From IMG/VR virus record IMGVR_UViG_3300025294_000001: 62,157 bases of DNA; one strand, written 5' to 3'. The notes beneath the pieces were generated by a model that searched no databases, was not told where the DNA came from, and worked only from the letters and a program-made list of their open reading frames with translations. Positions 60,931-62,157 of this stretch are shown here, in pieces (positions within the stretch are counted from its first letter, which is position 1; each line of letters opens with the position of its first letter). A program made the translations under genes and the position numbers. Source of the DNA: a virus.

Positions 60931-60986
60931 TTAGTGACTATTAATATTAGTACTAGTATTAACTTTAGTACTAACTTTAAATTTAA
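60931..60986. repeat. palindromic-hexamer repeat block H
   Basis: TTAGTGACTATTAATATTAGTACTAGTATTAACTTTAGTACTAACTTTAAATTTAA, directly upstream of a -35 box. Confidence 0.7.
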
Positions 60987-60989
60987 TTG

Positions 60990-61018
60990 TTGACAATCAA
61001 AAGTGTATGATTTATGAT
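60990..61018 (+). promoter_or_regulatory. early host-type promoter
   Basis: TTGACA-17 nt-TATGAT, preceded by a hexamer-repeat block. Confidence 0.7.
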
Positions 61019-61051
61019 AGGTACAGATAAGAAAACGTCAATCAAATGATT

Positions 61052-61079
61052 CCAGCGAATGGACACAGAAATAAGCTGG
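61052..61079 (+). promoter_or_regulatory. conserved 5'-leader hairpin (copy 2)
   Basis: Stem CCAGC/GCTGG around the loop GAATGGACACAGAAATAA. Compare copy 1 at 642-669. Confidence 0.5.
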
Positions 61080-61195
61080 CTTATCGAATGCTAAATTTAA
61101 GATCATAAATATAGTGAGGTGAAAAAAATGATAATCATGTTATTCATGGCAATAGAAAAAGGCATTGATAAAATCGTTAATTTTGTAGTAAGTCT

Positions 61196-61237
61196 GTAAG
61201 TTAAGTTAAGTTAAGTTGTTAAGTTGAGTTAAGTAAG
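61196..61237. repeat. pentanucleotide tandem repeat (GTTAA/TTAAG), about 8 units
   Basis: GTAAGTTAAGTTAAGTTAAGTTGTTAAGTTGAGTTAAGTAAGG. Confidence 0.75.
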
Positions 61238-61272
61238 GGTAAAAAACTAATTAAGTTAAGGTGGAAATTAAA

Positions 61273-61860
61273 ATGATGAATACAGAAATTACAATGAACC
61301 ATGAAGGATTTTCTTACACAGGGGTAATCACAAATTACATTATCAATAAAGTATCATTCTTAGATTCAAGAACAAAGGAAACTATTGAGTTTGAAGTGGA
61401 ACAGGTAGCACTAAAACACATTTTACAAATGATGATTGATAAAATCAGAATGGAACGTCAATACGGTCACTTATCTTGTTATGACTATCCAATTGAATAT
61501 ATCCAAATGGAAAACCTAAATGATATTATTTGCTGTTGCTTAATGAAGTACAATGAATCTATTTATGATAGCCGTTACAAGCACATATATGAGAACCTAA
61601 AGGACATAGCAATTGATGTTATCAACGGCAATATCAATTTTAAAAAGTTAACATTCAGTTATATGTCAATGGACGAATGGGTTGAGGTTTATATAACTTC
61701 TAACATGTGTGAAGAGGCTAAGAAGGTATTTGAATCAGCATACTATTATATGCCTACTGATGTAAGAAACGGCTGGCTAGAAGGTAACCACCTTTCTCAT
61801 TATGATAATTTATATACTAATCCAATGATGGATTACATATTAGTAGCACACCAAATGTAA
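61273..61860 (+). CDS. hypothetical early protein
   Basis: ATG 61273, in frame with track ORF 61261, 8 nt after the SD AAGGTGG. Confidence 0.6.
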   Translation: MMNTEITMNHEGFSYTGVITNYIINKVSFLDSRTKETIEFEVEQVALKHILQMMIDKIRMERQYGHLSCYDYPIEYIQMENLNDIICCCLMKYNESIYDSRYKHIYENLKDIAIDVINGNINFKKLTFSYMSMDEWVEVYITSNMCEEAKKVFESAYYYMPTDVRNGWLEGNHLSHYDNLYTNPMMDYILVAHQM

Positions 61861-61910
61861 GGGGGATTTTCCCCCTTTAAAAATAAAATAAAAAATCTTA
61901 TCAAAAGTGA

Positions 61911-61939
61911 TTGACTTATGATTGGATTACATGTAATAT
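61911..61939 (+). promoter_or_regulatory. early host-type promoter
   Basis: TTGACT-17 nt-TAATAT, then AAACGTAAGGTAAAC. Confidence 0.7.
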
Positions 61940-61990
61940 AATAAACGTAAGGTAAACAAAACAAAAACAAACAAGGTGAGGTAATTAACT

Positions 61991-62157
61991 ATGAAAACTG
62001 TAAAAACTATGAACTTATTCTTTGACAAATTATATGCTACAATGGAAGACATCGACGCTACTGTTCTTACTGAGTGGTCACATAAAGAAACACCTAAACA
62101 AGTACATTGTGTAATTGAAGTATCTGATATGAATGAAACTGTAATTGATAGAGAAGA
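61991..62157 (+). CDS. 5' part of a small early protein (continues as 1..188)
   Basis: SD GGTGAGGT, ATG 61991. The frame is open to the window end and continues through the duplicated 127 bp. Confidence 0.6.
   Translation, partial: MKTVKTMNLFFDKLYATMEDIDATVLTEWSHKETPKQVHCVIEVSDMNETVIDRE
62031..62157. repeat. exact 127-bp duplicate of bases 1-127 (circular closure / assembly overlap)
   Basis: Compared base by base over the whole stretch. The junction lies inside an ORF. Confidence 0.95.

Overview
The window is a complete, circularly closed genome of an AT-rich tailed dsDNA phage. Bases 1-127 are identical to 62031-62157, so the unit length is 62,030 bp and one small gene spans the junction. 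The host is probably a low-GC Gram-positive, Bacillus-like bacterium. The evidence for that is consensus sigma-A type TTGACA-17-TATAAT promoters, strong GGAGG/GTGAGG ribosome-binding sites, an XkdX/BhlA/M15-SH3b/holin lysis cassette and a SleB-like hydrolase. Nearly all genes are on the + strand.

Gene layout:
- 54.2-62 kb plus 0-3.7 kb: many small early genes, each with its own host-type promoter, conserved leader and terminator. This block also carries a plasmid-style partition and resolution set (RHH protein, ParA, a ParG-like RHH protein, a small serine recombinase).
- 3.8-7.3 kb: AbrB-like regulator, GIY-YIG nuclease, C5 cytosine methyltransferase, and a protein with a PD-(D/E)xK-like motif.
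- 7.4-29 kb: packaging, head, tail and lysis genes. A 6-tRNA cluster is inserted in the head module. There is a -1 frameshifted chaperone pair and a 1466-aa collagen-like fibre.
- 29-30.5 kb: a reverse-strand RepA_N-like initiator, a candidate antisense RNA and two 24-bp-period repeat arrays (origin).
- 30.6-52.5 kb: replication and nucleotide metabolism. These include an organizer, a DnaC-like loader, a DnaB-like helicase, primase, a sigma-like protein, an SSB-like protein, Pol I, a Cas4-like nuclease, a RuvC-like resolvase, thymidine kinase, a deoxynucleoside kinase, a dNMP-kinase-like protein, a deoxyribosyltransferase, an SNase-like nuclease and others.
- 52.5-53.7 kb: an isolated reverse-strand DndB-like (DGQHR) gene bracketed by terminators.

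Main non-obvious signals:
- an 11-copy phage-specific bipartite promoter, TGTCCTAAAA-N11-TGCAAGTACCTAAGTG, with invariant geometry
- a roughly 0.7 kb ORF-free, strand-asymmetric low-complexity region containing a 14-bp C-tract repeat array
- a dispersed family of palindromic-hexamer (AGTACT/ACTAGT/AATATT) repeat blocks found both between genes and, in frame, inside genes
- a 16-bp operator-like palindrome shared by three promoters
- a covarying hairpin in two early leaders
- two non-canonical tRNA-like elements
- a 46-codon ORF with an ArfA-like KKGKGSYxRK motif, too short to appear in the ORF track

All functional calls come from motifs read by eye and from gene order. No database search was run.
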